This document shows, piece by piece, positions 7,868 through 17,093 of a stretch of 64,000 bases of DNA. Made by a program: the position numbers and the translations under genes. The first letter of the stretch is position 1. Every line of letters begins with the position of its first letter. The DNA is from Nitrospirota bacterium (lineage in GTDB: Bacteria; Nitrospirota; Thermodesulfovibrionia; Thermodesulfovibrionales; UBA9159), in NCBI GenBank assembly GCA_023382175.1, contig JAMCQB010000063.1, forward strand, positions 133 to 64,132. The letters are read 5' to 3'. The notes beneath the pieces are model-generated. The model was not told the origin of the DNA and did no database searches. It saw nothing but the letters and a program-made list of their open reading frames with translations.

Positions 7868-9037
7868 CTATTTCTCTTTTTTCCCCATTCCCCTTATGTA
7901 TCGTATCCTCTCCAGGATCGGCGGGTGGGAATAATACATCGTGACATAGAGCGGATGGGGAGAGAGGTTCGAAAGGTTCTCCTTCGAAAGCTTCACAAGC
8001 ACACTCACCATGCTTTCTGTATCCCTGGTTAGCTCATGGGAAATCCTGTCAGCCTCCCGTTCATGCCTCCTCGAAAAGGAATTCATCAGCGGCCTCAGGG
8101 GCATGGAAAGGATCCCCCCCAGAAAGGCCAGAAGCATGGCCTTGGCAAAAAGGGTGTTCTGCGCTATCTGAAAAAGAGAGAGAAGGAAGTCGCTCCGGAT
8201 GAGCCGGAACGAGACATAAAGGGTGACGAGGGAGACGGCTTCAATCAGGGCCATGCTTTTCAGGAGGTGCCGTTTCTTCCAATGGCCGATTTCGTGGGCA
8301 AGCACCGCAAGAATTTCGTCGTGGGTCATCCCCAGGAGGAGAGTGTCGTAAAGGACGATCCTCTTTGTTCTTCCGATGCCGGTGAAATAGGCGTTGGTAT
8401 GTCTCGATCTTTTTGAAGCATCCACCCTGAGCACCCTGCTTGCATGAATTCCCGCTTTACTGGCAAGGGCGATGATCTTTTCCCTGAGGGCTTTGTCTTC
8501 CACAGGGGTAAACTTGTTGAAAAGGGGCTCGATGACATAGGGAGAGATGTACATGATGAATATGCTAAAAACGAGAAGGAACCCCCATACCAGCAGCCAC
8601 CAGTGATCCGGGCTCCACTGGATAAGCCACAGTCCTCCAAAGATGATCACAGACAACAGAAGCGTTGAAATAAGGATGGACTTCAGGAAGTCTGATACCC
8701 ACAGCTTCGGCGTCATGGTATTGAACCCGTAAGCATTTTCTATCCTGAAGGTTTGATAGAGACTGAAGGGCACGGAGAGGAATTCGCCGGCACAGGAGAG
8801 GAGCATGAAGAAGAGCCATCCTGAGACGAGAAAGGGGAGGTTAAGGGATGTTATCCATGAATTATAGAAATTCAGCAGCCCGCAGAAAATGAAGACAATG
8901 ACGGTGATATCCCCGAAGAGGGATGAGACAAAACCGAAGCGGGTCTTATCTGCTTCATAGTCCTGAATCCTTCTCATTGTGGTTTCGTTCATGCTTCCTT
9001 CAAACTCGTGGGGAACGACTGCGCCTTTCTTCCTCAT
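7868..9037 (-). CDS. M48 family zinc metalloprotease (Ste24/HtpX-like), multi-pass membrane
   Basis: 389 aa with several TM helices, the HEIGHWKKRH zinc motif and a downstream EREAD. The start codon is uncertain (the alternative M16 is at 8992). Confidence 0.85.
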   Translation of the reverse strand: MRKKGAVVPHEFEGSMNETTMRRIQDYEADKTRFGFVSSLFGDITVIVFIFCGLLNFYNSWITSLNLPFLVSGWLFFMLLSCAGEFLSVPFSLYQTFRIENAYGFNTMTPKLWVSDFLKSILISTLLLSVIIFGGLWLIQWSPDHWWLLVWGFLLVFSIFIMYISPYVIEPLFNKFTPVEDKALREKIIALASKAGIHASRVLRVDASKRSRHTNAYFTGIGRTKRIVLYDTLLLGMTHDEILAVLAHEIGHWKKRHLLKSMALIEAVSLVTLYVSFRLIRSDFLLSLFQIAQNTLFAKAMLLAFLGGILSMPLRPLMNSFSRRHEREADRISHELTRDTESMVSVLVKLSKENLSNLSPHPLYVTMYYSHPPILERIRYIRGMGKKEK

Positions 9038-9120
9038 GTGGCGGAGATTGAGGCACTGAACTATGTGGTGAAATGCCTCTTCAGCAAGGTAGACGAAAAG
9101 GATGAGAAGGAGAAGGGCGT

Positions 9121-11103
9121 TCAGCGTTTTTCCTTTCCGCTGAGGGGATAAAGTCTGTTATGAAGGATGAGGTCGTGGAAGAACTGGAGATAGTAGTCTT
9201 CTTCCCGTGTGAGTCTTGCCACTGTTCCTTCCCTCTCAAGGGAGGGGTTTTTCGCGGACGCTCCGAAATGGTACTTGTCTGTAATGCCGTTGGCCGAGGA
9301 CACGAGCATCCAGCCCTCCCGCACAAAGACATCAGCGGCTCCATAGGACAGCAAGCCAACCCCGGGGAGATTATTAAAAGCGGACTGTCCGAAGGATGTA
9401 TGGGTGTCTGAGGATTTCAGGATATCCAGAATGGTAGGCGCGAGGTCCGTCTGGACAACTATCTTGGGCACCACCGACGGCGGTATGAGCCCGGGGGCAT
9501 AGATCAGGCAGGGCACTGAAAACCGTTCGAACAGATTGTTCCCTGTGGACTTTCCTTCAGTATGGTCCCCCACGATGATAAAAACGGTATTTTGAAAATA
9601 GCCGGCTTTTTCCGCCTCATCGAAGAAGCGGGAAAGGGAAAAGTCGGAATAGCGGAGGGAATCGAGGAAATCGTGAAAAGGTCTCGCAGGGCTGAAATGC
9701 TTAAAGCGTTCCGATGGAAGCCTGTAAGGCGTATGGCTGCTCAGGGAAAAGATCACCGCAAAGAAAGGGTCTTTCTGGGCCTCAAAAAGCCTGTGGGCGT
9801 AAAGGAAGGTATCTTCGTCGTAGATGCCCCAGACACCGTCTTCCCTGCCTCCCTCCCTCAGTATCTCTTCCTTTGATATATATCGCTCGATGCCTGTTTG
9901 CTTCACCAGACTGTTGAAACCCATGGAACCCAGTTTTGCCCCGTGGATGAAAAAGGTCTTGTACCCTTTTTCCTTCAATATGGCCGGAAGAAATTTCACC
10001 GGCATCTGGGAAAAGGCTCCGCTCTGGGAAAGGATCATGCCGCCGGAAGGGGGAATGGAAGTGAGGATCGCGGAGATCGCCTCTATGGACCGCTGTCCAT
10101 TGGAAAAGAAGTTCTTGAAGAGAACGCCCTTTTTCGAAATCCTGCTGAAATAAGGCATGGCGTCATCCTCTCCCCCCAGGGCGCCCACAAACTTGCTTGA
10201 CCAGCTCTCCATGATGAAGACCACCACATTTAACCGCCTGAATTCAGACTCCTTATATTTGAAATGGCGGTAAAGAGGATAGCGCGGATCAGGGACCTCT
10301 TCCCTCTCAGGCAATACGATCATTTTCGCTCCCTTCTGCATCGCTTCTTCCTCCGTGGAGCGGCGCCTTTCCCATCCCTTCATCTCCCTGTTTTCCTTGA
10401 AACTGTAATAAGTCCTCATGGTGGTGTAGACCCCGTTGAGGACCAGTTGCCCCAGAAAAGGGGAATGAAAGGCAAAGGCATCGCTGTACTTCAGGGGTTT
10501 CATCTGGAGGCCGCCCCTTGCCATTACCACCATAAGGGTTGCCATGACAAGGATGGTCACTCCATCGGTGATAAGTTTTCTCACGAGGGAGTATTTCGAG
10601 TGCGCATAATTCCTGAGTATTCTGCGGGTGAGGAAAAAGTAAGCAAACATCATGGCGGACACAAAGAGGGCGAACACAGCCATCTCCAGGGAGTATTCCA
10701 GGAGACCGAGCTTGACCATGGACATGAGGTCCCCTTTGGTGGAGAAGAGCTCGAAGCTGAGGTGTCTCAGGGAAAAGGGGTAATAAAGCAGGTCTGCGAA
10801 GAGGTAAATGGCCAGAAGGACGAGCCAGAATGCATTCACAACCGACAGGACACGCAGATATGTTCTGTTCCCTGAAAGATAGGGAAGGAACGCCAGTGAT
10901 GCGAAGGGAACCAACACGTATGCGGAAGTGGCTAGATCAAATCTCAAACCGGCAAGGAAGGCCGGGAAAAGGTCCACTCCCTTCAGCGCTGCAAAATCGC
11001 CATACTTAAAAAGAAAAACAAGCCTGTAGAGCAGGAGCGAGACCAGGAGAAATCCGAGATTCAGAAAAAACAAAGAGATCCTTTTCATAAGCGCTGAGAG
11101 CAT
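9121..11103 (-). CDS. LTA synthase / phosphoglycerol-transferase family sulfatase-domain membrane protein
   Basis: 660 aa. It has an N-terminal block of about 5 TM helices followed by a sulfatase-like domain (VVFIMESW..., IIVGDHTEG). Confidence 0.8.
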   Translation of the reverse strand: MLSALMKRISLFFLNLGFLLVSLLLYRLVFLFKYGDFAALKGVDLFPAFLAGLRFDLATSAYVLVPFASLAFLPYLSGNRTYLRVLSVVNAFWLVLLAIYLFADLLYYPFSLRHLSFELFSTKGDLMSMVKLGLLEYSLEMAVFALFVSAMMFAYFFLTRRILRNYAHSKYSLVRKLITDGVTILVMATLMVVMARGGLQMKPLKYSDAFAFHSPFLGQLVLNGVYTTMRTYYSFKENREMKGWERRRSTEEEAMQKGAKMIVLPEREEVPDPRYPLYRHFKYKESEFRRLNVVVFIMESWSSKFVGALGGEDDAMPYFSRISKKGVLFKNFFSNGQRSIEAISAILTSIPPSGGMILSQSGAFSQMPVKFLPAILKEKGYKTFFIHGAKLGSMGFNSLVKQTGIERYISKEEILREGGREDGVWGIYDEDTFLYAHRLFEAQKDPFFAVIFSLSSHTPYRLPSERFKHFSPARPFHDFLDSLRYSDFSLSRFFDEAEKAGYFQNTVFIIVGDHTEGKSTGNNLFERFSVPCLIYAPGLIPPSVVPKIVVQTDLAPTILDILKSSDTHTSFGQSAFNNLPGVGLLSYGAADVFVREGWMLVSSANGITDKYHFGASAKNPSLEREGTVARLTREEDYYLQFFHDLILHNRLYPLSGKEKR

Positions 11104-11254
11104 ACCTCTTAAATTTAGAATTTTAAGTTGACAAACGTCTCAAAGCATAACATATAATTTTAACAGCAATCCGCATTTTTTATCTAACAGGGGGGAGAGA
11201 GATGAAAAAATCTATTGATAGGGCGACGCTTTCAGCACTCACCGTATATAACAA

Positions 11255-12481
11255 TCATCTTGCGGTCTTTATACCGGCAAAGACGAGACCATAATTTGGA
11301 TAAGGGGAAAGGGTATAAGGTCTGTCAGCTACCGGAATGCCTCTCCTCATAAGTGACAGATAAACGCCTCCTCTCGTTACATCTCCAAGCAATTGAATAC
11401 CCTGTATACGGCCTTTTTCGTTTAGATAAACCTTTACTATCCCCTTTGAGTCACGTTTCTTTAACACTCTTTCCCCGCTCTGTGTGCCCAGAGATAAGAC
11501 AGATAATCCAAAGAGGGTTACCACGTTCATATCTTCGAAATGGGAATCAAGCCTTGTATCAAGACCCACAATATTGCATCCTGCGATGTATCCACCTTTC
11601 ACCGCATTTAAATGAATGGGGTTCACCTTCCTTGTACCGCCTATCTCTATTTCTGCAATATCTCCTGCTGCACAGATGTTTGAAATGTTGGTTCTCATGT
11701 GATCATCCACCAGAATCCCCTGGTTGGTCTTGATGGAGCCGTTTTTCAACATCTCAAGATTAGGTCTTACCCCGGCAGCAACAATCAACATACCGCATGG
11801 GATAATCTCTCCGTTATCAAGCATTACTCCCTTTATCTTATTTTTTGTCCTTTTCACAGCCTCTATACTTCTGCCTGTCAGTATCCTTGCGCCTTTGTTT
11901 TCCACATGTCTTTTAACAACTTCAGCAATCTCCCCGTCCAGCATTCTTGGAAGAATTCTGTCCTCTTTCTCAACAACAGTAACCGTTGCACCCATCAGGC
12001 TAAGGGCCTCGGCAATCTCAAGGCCTATAAATCCCGCTCCCATTACAACAGCTTCTTTAGATTCTTTTAGAGAACGCAATATCCTGTCTGCATCTGAGAT
12101 GGTTCTAAAGGCAAAGACCCCTTCCCCCTCGATGCCTTCACGCTTTGGAATAACAGGCATTGAGCCTGCCGCTACAAGAAGATTGTCATAAGTTAATTCT
12201 CTGCCATCGGAGAGCCTGAGCTTATTATTCATCGGCATAACCTCTGTAACAGCAACACCGAATATCGTACTTATCCTCTTTCTGTCATAGAAATCATCCT
12301 CTCTCATGTAAAGCCTCTCTTTACCTATCTCTCCGGAGACATACCTATGAAGAAAACAGGGCGTATAGGCAGGCTCTCCTTCCTTTGATATGATTGTTAT
12401 TTCGCAATCCATATCAAATTGCCGGATCGCCTCTATGGCGCTTATAGCAGCAGGCCCATTACCTATGATGACTATTTTCAT
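11255..12481 (-). CDS. FAD-dependent pyridine nucleotide-disulfide oxidoreductase, CODH-associated
   Basis: The start was moved to MKIVIIGNGPAAISA (dinucleotide-binding GxGxxA). A second Rossmann motif is VVMGAGFIGLE. The ATG lies 1 nt after the cooS stop, so the two genes are tightly coupled. Confidence 0.85.
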   Translation of the reverse strand: MKIVIIGNGPAAISAIEAIRQFDMDCEITIISKEGEPAYTPCFLHRYVSGEIGKERLYMREDDFYDRKRISTIFGVAVTEVMPMNNKLRLSDGRELTYDNLLVAAGSMPVIPKREGIEGEGVFAFRTISDADRILRSLKESKEAVVMGAGFIGLEIAEALSLMGATVTVVEKEDRILPRMLDGEIAEVVKRHVENKGARILTGRSIEAVKRTKNKIKGVMLDNGEIIPCGMLIVAAGVRPNLEMLKNGSIKTNQGILVDDHMRTNISNICAAGDIAEIEIGGTRKVNPIHLNAVKGGYIAGCNIVGLDTRLDSHFEDMNVVTLFGLSVLSLGTQSGERVLKKRDSKGIVKVYLNEKGRIQGIQLLGDVTRGGVYLSLMRRGIPVADRPYTLSPYPNYGLVFAGIKTAR

Positions 12482-12482
12482 G

Positions 12483-14384
12483 TTAAATTCCCAAAGCTGC
12501 CCTCTTCTGCGCAATATGAGCCATCATCCCTGCTGCTGCCTTTATCGGATCAAGTTCCACATATGCCTTGCCACCTGTTAGCTTTTCAATATCCTGTGTC
12601 AACACTTTTGTAGCCAGTGAACTGCCTAAAATCCTCGGCGAAGGGGCTATGTGAACAAGCAGTCCGAGGGCAAGCAGCCATGTGCCTATGGATATTGCTT
12701 TTTCCTGCACGAGTTCCGGCGCCGAACCAGCAACCGGAAGCTGACTTATCTTTACATCAAGCTTGTTTGCAAGGGCGCCGAGAAGTGTGGCAATCCTTGA
12801 ATTATCCACACACGACCCCATGTGCCACACAGGCGGCAGCGGCCCATCAAGCCCCGCAGCCTCACCAAGGGCCGTAAGAACTGATTTCAATCCATCGCCG
12901 CAGTATTTATTTGTGGCAGCAGTGTCCATAAAGCCTGCCTGGGCACAGATGTGGGCTGTGCATCCTGTGGTGACAATTAATACGTTGTTTTTCAGAAGCT
13001 CCTTTGTCATTATCTCTGTCATGGATGTGTCTCTTAACTTTATACTCGGACACCCTGCAAAACCTACTGCACCATAGATATTACCGTTAACAATATTGTC
13101 AATAACAGGCTTCAGAGGATATGATGGGTTGACCTTTTTGAGCACATCGAGGATCGCCTCCACCGAAAAACCAATAAGTCCCACTGATTTTTCCTTGGGG
13201 ATAGAGACTTCCTTCCCTTTCCTTGCCTTAAATGCCTCTACTGCCATCTTCACAACCTTTTTTGCCGCATCATCTGCATGCTCTGTTTCAAAGGCGATAT
13301 GTGTTGCACCCGACATCTTAACAAAGGACTCTGTGGTAATAATCTTTGTATCAAAACACTCCGCGATCTTTGTGGTAGACGGCCAGATGCACTGCATATC
13401 CACAACCATGGCATCCACAGCGCCTGTAAGGAGTATCAATTCTGACTGGAGGTTATGGCCTGCCATCGGGACTCCACGCCTCATGGTAAGCTCATTTCCT
13501 GTGCAGCATACACCAACCACATTTATACCTGTTGCCCCTGCCTCTTTTGCCTCGCTCTCGAGCTTACCTGCCCATTCGAGTATCTTCTCTGAAAGGACAG
13601 GGTTGTGTCCGTGCATCGCTATATTTACCTTGTCTTTTTCGAGGACGCCCATATTTGCCTCTATCATCCTCGGCTTGGGTGTTCCGAACATAATGTCGTG
13701 AAAGTCCGTTGCCATATGCAGCCCTGCATAACCGTCTACGAGTCCTATCCTTAAACATGCGAGGAGTAAGTTTGTCGGGTCAGCGTCATTGCCCATGGAT
13801 GTCCTGTGCATCCCCTCTTCAATCTCATTATGGGCGTTAGATACAAGGATTCCGAGTTCACGCCACATATCTATCTCTTTTTTCGGGGCCCTCAGTTTGA
13901 TCCAGTTCATGGGTTTATCGTCCTGTCTTGAGAGGTCTTCCAGTGCTTTATCCACGACCTCTGAGGCAATCTCGTTATCGGATTTTCCGTCTGCCTTGAT
14001 ACCAAGTCCGCTGGCAACTTCCATGAGCTTATCCCTGTCGGTGATCTTATACCCAGAAGCCTTACCTTCGAGCATCTTCTTAAATGAAAGAACCACATGC
14101 CTTGCATGACCGACATGGGAGGCTGCGCCTCCGATCTCTTCCCTCAAAAGGTTTCTGCATACAATAGTATCCACAGAGGCGCCACATACCCCTGTTGTTG
14201 CTCCTTCACCAAAAGGGTCTATCCGGCATGGCCCCATATAACACATCCTGCAGCAACTTCCCAGTTGTCCGAAACCGCACTGTGGCGTCTGGGCCTCAAG
14301 CCTGTTAATGCCTATACTTATGCCCATGTCCTCTGCCTTGTTTACCAGGAACTGCGAAGCCTTATCGAGCACCTTCATCGCCAT
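12483..14384 (-). CDS. cooS: anaerobic carbon-monoxide dehydrogenase catalytic subunit
   Basis: 633 aa. The N-terminal Cys motifs CGFGQLGSCCRMCYMGPCRI are present, with CooS/HCP-family blocks throughout. It lies between cooF and the FAD oxidoreductase. Confidence 0.92.
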   Translation of the reverse strand: MAMKVLDKASQFLVNKAEDMGISIGINRLEAQTPQCGFGQLGSCCRMCYMGPCRIDPFGEGATTGVCGASVDTIVCRNLLREEIGGAASHVGHARHVVLSFKKMLEGKASGYKITDRDKLMEVASGLGIKADGKSDNEIASEVVDKALEDLSRQDDKPMNWIKLRAPKKEIDMWRELGILVSNAHNEIEEGMHRTSMGNDADPTNLLLACLRIGLVDGYAGLHMATDFHDIMFGTPKPRMIEANMGVLEKDKVNIAMHGHNPVLSEKILEWAGKLESEAKEAGATGINVVGVCCTGNELTMRRGVPMAGHNLQSELILLTGAVDAMVVDMQCIWPSTTKIAECFDTKIITTESFVKMSGATHIAFETEHADDAAKKVVKMAVEAFKARKGKEVSIPKEKSVGLIGFSVEAILDVLKKVNPSYPLKPVIDNIVNGNIYGAVGFAGCPSIKLRDTSMTEIMTKELLKNNVLIVTTGCTAHICAQAGFMDTAATNKYCGDGLKSVLTALGEAAGLDGPLPPVWHMGSCVDNSRIATLLGALANKLDVKISQLPVAGSAPELVQEKAISIGTWLLALGLLVHIAPSPRILGSSLATKVLTQDIEKLTGGKAYVELDPIKAAAGMMAHIAQKRAALGI

Positions 14385-14385
14385 A

Positions 14386-14955
14386 TCAAATACCTCCTAT
14401 AATCCTTAATAAATCAAGGGGGGTGACTTTTCTCCCCTCTTCTTTTGCCATGCTCGCTGCTTTTGCCACTGTCTCAGCGGCAGACGCCCTTTTCCTTTTT
14501 GTAAGGTCATCCACATCGCCAAAACTTAAGGCATCCGTCGGACAGGCCTCAACGCAGGAAGGCCTCCCGCCTTCCTTGACCTTTTTTCGGCAAAAGTCAC
14601 ACTTCCGTGCAATCTTCATGTAAGGGTCTGCAGTGATAGCACCAAAAGGACAGACCATTGCACACATCCAGCATCCCATACATCGTTCCTTGTTAACATG
14701 GACACTGCCTATCTCCTCATCCCTGTACATCGCACCGGTGGGACAGACTGCCATGCAGGGCGCATCCGAGCAGTGCATACATTTCACAGGATATGAAAAG
14801 GAAAGTGCCTTTTCGACATGGACTCTCCTTATAGGCAGCGGATATTCAGAGATAGCTGTGAAAAGGTCTTTGGATCTCGAATGCTCCACAGAACAGGCAA
14901 TTTCGCAGGACTTGCAAGCAGTGCACCTTTCGATATTAATAAAGACCTCTTTCAT
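14386..14955 (-). CDS. cooF: 4Fe-4S ferredoxin-type CODH iron-sulfur protein
   Basis: The start was moved to MKEVFINIERCTACKSCEIAC, which has GGGAGG 8 nt upstream. Four CxxCxxCxxxCP-type clusters are present. The stop is adjacent to the cooS start. Confidence 0.88.
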   Translation of the reverse strand: MKEVFINIERCTACKSCEIACSVEHSRSKDLFTAISEYPLPIRRVHVEKALSFSYPVKCMHCSDAPCMAVCPTGAMYRDEEIGSVHVNKERCMGCWMCAMVCPFGAITADPYMKIARKCDFCRKKVKEGGRPSCVEACPTDALSFGDVDDLTKRKRASAAETVAKAASMAKEEGRKVTPLDLLRIIGGI

Positions 14956-15048
14956 ACGCTTTACCTCCCTAATGTGTTGAGTCTGTTTGACGTCTGCCCT
15001 GTAAACCAAGGCTGCGGCTGATAACAAAATATTCTTACGCAATTATAA

Positions 15049-15109
15049 ATTATAAAGGTTTCCACCGAGGAGGCAAGAAAGTTTTGATGAACGGTTAAAT
15101 TCCTTTGAT
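15049..15109 (-). promoter_or_regulatory. candidate cooF promoter with upstream 21-bp-spaced half-site repeats
   Basis: On the minus strand: ATCAAAGG (15109..15102), then ATCAAAAC 21 bp on (15088..15081), then TTGCCT (15076..15071), 16 nt, then TATAAT (15054..15049). Each element is short, so this assignment is tentative. Confidence 0.35.
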
Positions 15110-15810
15110 CAAAGGTTCAGGGACTTCTTAAGTGTACTAATCCTTCGCCTTGCCACAGGGACAGCAGGGAGGTCTCCTTTATTAAAGATAATAGTAGTCT
15201 GCCCTTTTGTATCCTTCTGTATTTTGTGAATATGTTCCATATTCACAACAAAGCTTTTGTGGACCCTCAAAAATTTTGAACCTGCATATCGCTTGAGAAC
15301 TGCCTTCAGGGTAAGGTGAAGATAATAAGAATTATCCTTTGTAAAGACCCTGCAATAATTTCCATCAGACCTCATGAAATAAATGGAAGACACATCAACA
15401 AACAAAAATGCTCCCCTATCACATACTGGAAACTTCTTCAATTCCACGATACCCGTATCTGGATTCATCTTTGCCCCTGTTTGCTCGGTGACATCTATAA
15501 ATGTCATGGCAACCATCGGTCCTGTCTCCGGAGATTCCCTCTCAATTTTACATACATTTATCATCAGAACCTTGTTCAATACATCAATAATCATAGCCAC
15601 AGGCATATCAGGATCGCAGGCATCAGCTTCACTTAACAGTCCTTCTATCTTTGGGTGGCTTTTCCTGGGATGATAACTGAAAACTCTTTCGCCGAACTCT
15701 GACATCGCGGGACCCAAAACCTTCCGGGCATACGCATTCATTCCAATGACACGGTAATCCGACGAAAGAAGTACAAGTCCGATATCGAGGCAAGGACCAA
15801 ATATCCGCAT
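15109..15810 (-). CDS. rcoM: PAS-LytTR single-component transcriptional regulator, RcoM-like (CO-responsive regulator candidate)
   Basis: 233 aa. The N-terminal ~110 aa are PAS-like with His/Cys/Met candidates (H47/H52, C65, M69/M73/M83). The C-terminal LytTR domain is FLFVDVSSIYFMRSDGNYCRVFT...FLRVHKSFVVNMEHI...VPVARRR. It lies immediately upstream of cooF-cooS. Confidence 0.6.
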   Translation of the reverse strand: MRIFGPCLDIGLVLLSSDYRVIGMNAYARKVLGPAMSEFGERVFSYHPRKSHPKIEGLLSEADACDPDMPVAMIIDVLNKVLMINVCKIERESPETGPMVAMTFIDVTEQTGAKMNPDTGIVELKKFPVCDRGAFLFVDVSSIYFMRSDGNYCRVFTKDNSYYLHLTLKAVLKRYAGSKFLRVHKSFVVNMEHIHKIQKDTKGQTTIIFNKGDLPAVPVARRRISTLKKSLNL

Positions 15811-15883
15811 TTAATGCACCTTGAGATGAGATCTTGCTAAAGTATATCAGTTCTTTGGAGAAAAAGTCTCGATCCTGATACAG

Positions 15884-16099
15884 GTGGGTTTCAGTTACTC
15901 GCAGAGGGTATTCGAATCCCCTGTCCCGGGTTTCCTTGTCGCTTTTGCGATCTTCCTTGTTGTGAAAAGCATCAATAATCTCCGGCGGCAGGAGACGCCG
16001 CCCCCTGCTCCGGCGACCAAGGACTGCCCGTACTGTCTGTCTGCAGTGCCTGTCAAGGCGATCCGCTGCGCTCATTGCACATCGGAGCTGAATGGGTAA
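15884..16099 (+). pseudogene. mscL: mscL fragment (C-terminal ~70 codons: TM2 plus zinc-ribbon tail)
   Basis: [21 protein letters not shown] matches MscL TM2 and the charged cluster (E. coli FLIVAFAIFMAIKLINKL, from memory). The CPYC...CAHC tail is as in some MscL proteins. The N-terminal ~75 residues (TM1) are missing, and the only start is a GTG. Confidence 0.6.
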
Positions 16100-16205
16100 C
16101 AGGGCGGCCTGACTGCCAGCGCACAAGCCGGTGGTCTTTTTCGAACAACCGGCTCCGGTGAGTATTCAGTTATTTTTTTTCTGCGACAGGACAGGGGGGT
16201 GGCCA

Positions 16206-16556
16206 CTATGTCTTTGCTTTTAGAACGGCTGCCTTTTTCCTTCCGTCAAGGAGATGAAAAAGGGCAAGGACGGGGTGACGGTATGTCATGCGGGGGCCTG
16301 CGTACCGCATCGCCACCTTAATTTTCTCCCGTATGGATGGCTTATAGCAGTGCACCGGGCAATTGGCACATGTCGTCTTGTTCTCCTGAAAGGGACACTT
16401 ATTGAGGCGCAGTTCGGCATAATCGAGGAGTTCCCTGCAGGCAGGGCAGAGTTCGCCCCGTGTTCCGTAATCGCCATGGTGGTCGCGGCAGTAGATCTTA
16501 ATCATGGCCTGGATCGTTTTGCTTTCCCTGACCATCCGGGGATGTCTCTGTTTCAT
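16206..16556 (-). CDS. nitrous oxide-stimulated promoter family protein (YgbA_NO, Cys-rich)
   Basis: The start was moved to MKQRHPRMVRESKTIQAMIKIYCRDHHG. The Cys pattern C..HH..CPAC...CPF...C.NCPVHCYKP fits my recollection of PF11756. Confidence 0.7.
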   Translation of the reverse strand: MKQRHPRMVRESKTIQAMIKIYCRDHHGDYGTRGELCPACRELLDYAELRLNKCPFQENKTTCANCPVHCYKPSIREKIKVAMRYAGPRMTYRHPVLALFHLLDGRKKAAVLKAKT

Positions 16557-17053
16557 CACCGATGCTTCTTGCACAGTCTGTTCAACCTCTCTCAAGCCTT
16601 TATGTCGGCTCGTTTCATTATAGAATGCCAGAAACGGCAGATATGAGCCATGATTTAAATCAGGGTGAGGTAATCCTTCCGGCATTGTCTGCGCTGGTGC
16701 AGTTAAAGAGAGATTCCCGGTCCGCCTCAGGCGGAGGAATGGCAGCGATCATTGATAACGTTTTGTCAGGCTCCTCCTGATTCTCTGCGAGTTTTTCCGG
16801 GGGTCTTTATTTTTTCTTTTTGGGGCCGTGGACCCACCAGTCGATGCATTAAGAAGTAAGTCAATAATTAATTGGTAAGACATAAGGCAAAAAACGCGGA
16901 AGGGCAAAAGAGCGAAAACAGAAAAGATCGTTCATAGCTCACACTTCAAAGCTTGCCAGAACCTTCTAAAAAACGCAAAAGGACAGAAGCGCAGAAAGCA
17001 CGTAGCACAAGAAGCTCGACTGCCGGGAAGCACGGAATTGCGTGCAATCAATA

Positions 17054-17082
17054 TTGACATGAGGGTAAGGATTTGATATGTT
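17054..17082 (+). promoter_or_regulatory. sigma70-type promoter for the 15-haem cytochrome gene
   Basis: TTGACA (17054..17059), 17 nt, then TATGTT (17077..17082). The ATG at 17094 is only about 5 nt past the predicted TSS and has no SD, so the transcript may be near-leaderless. Confidence 0.4.
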
Positions 17083-17093
17083 AATGCGGACTG

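Noticed and set aside
15895-15935. tRNA-like T-arm motif (cagagggtATTCGAATcccctg) that could mark a tRNA gene or an integration att site.
   Set aside because: The stem has a bulge and the loop is 9 nt, not 7. No acceptor, D or anticodon arms can be drawn upstream. The segment is in frame within the MscL-like coding fragment.
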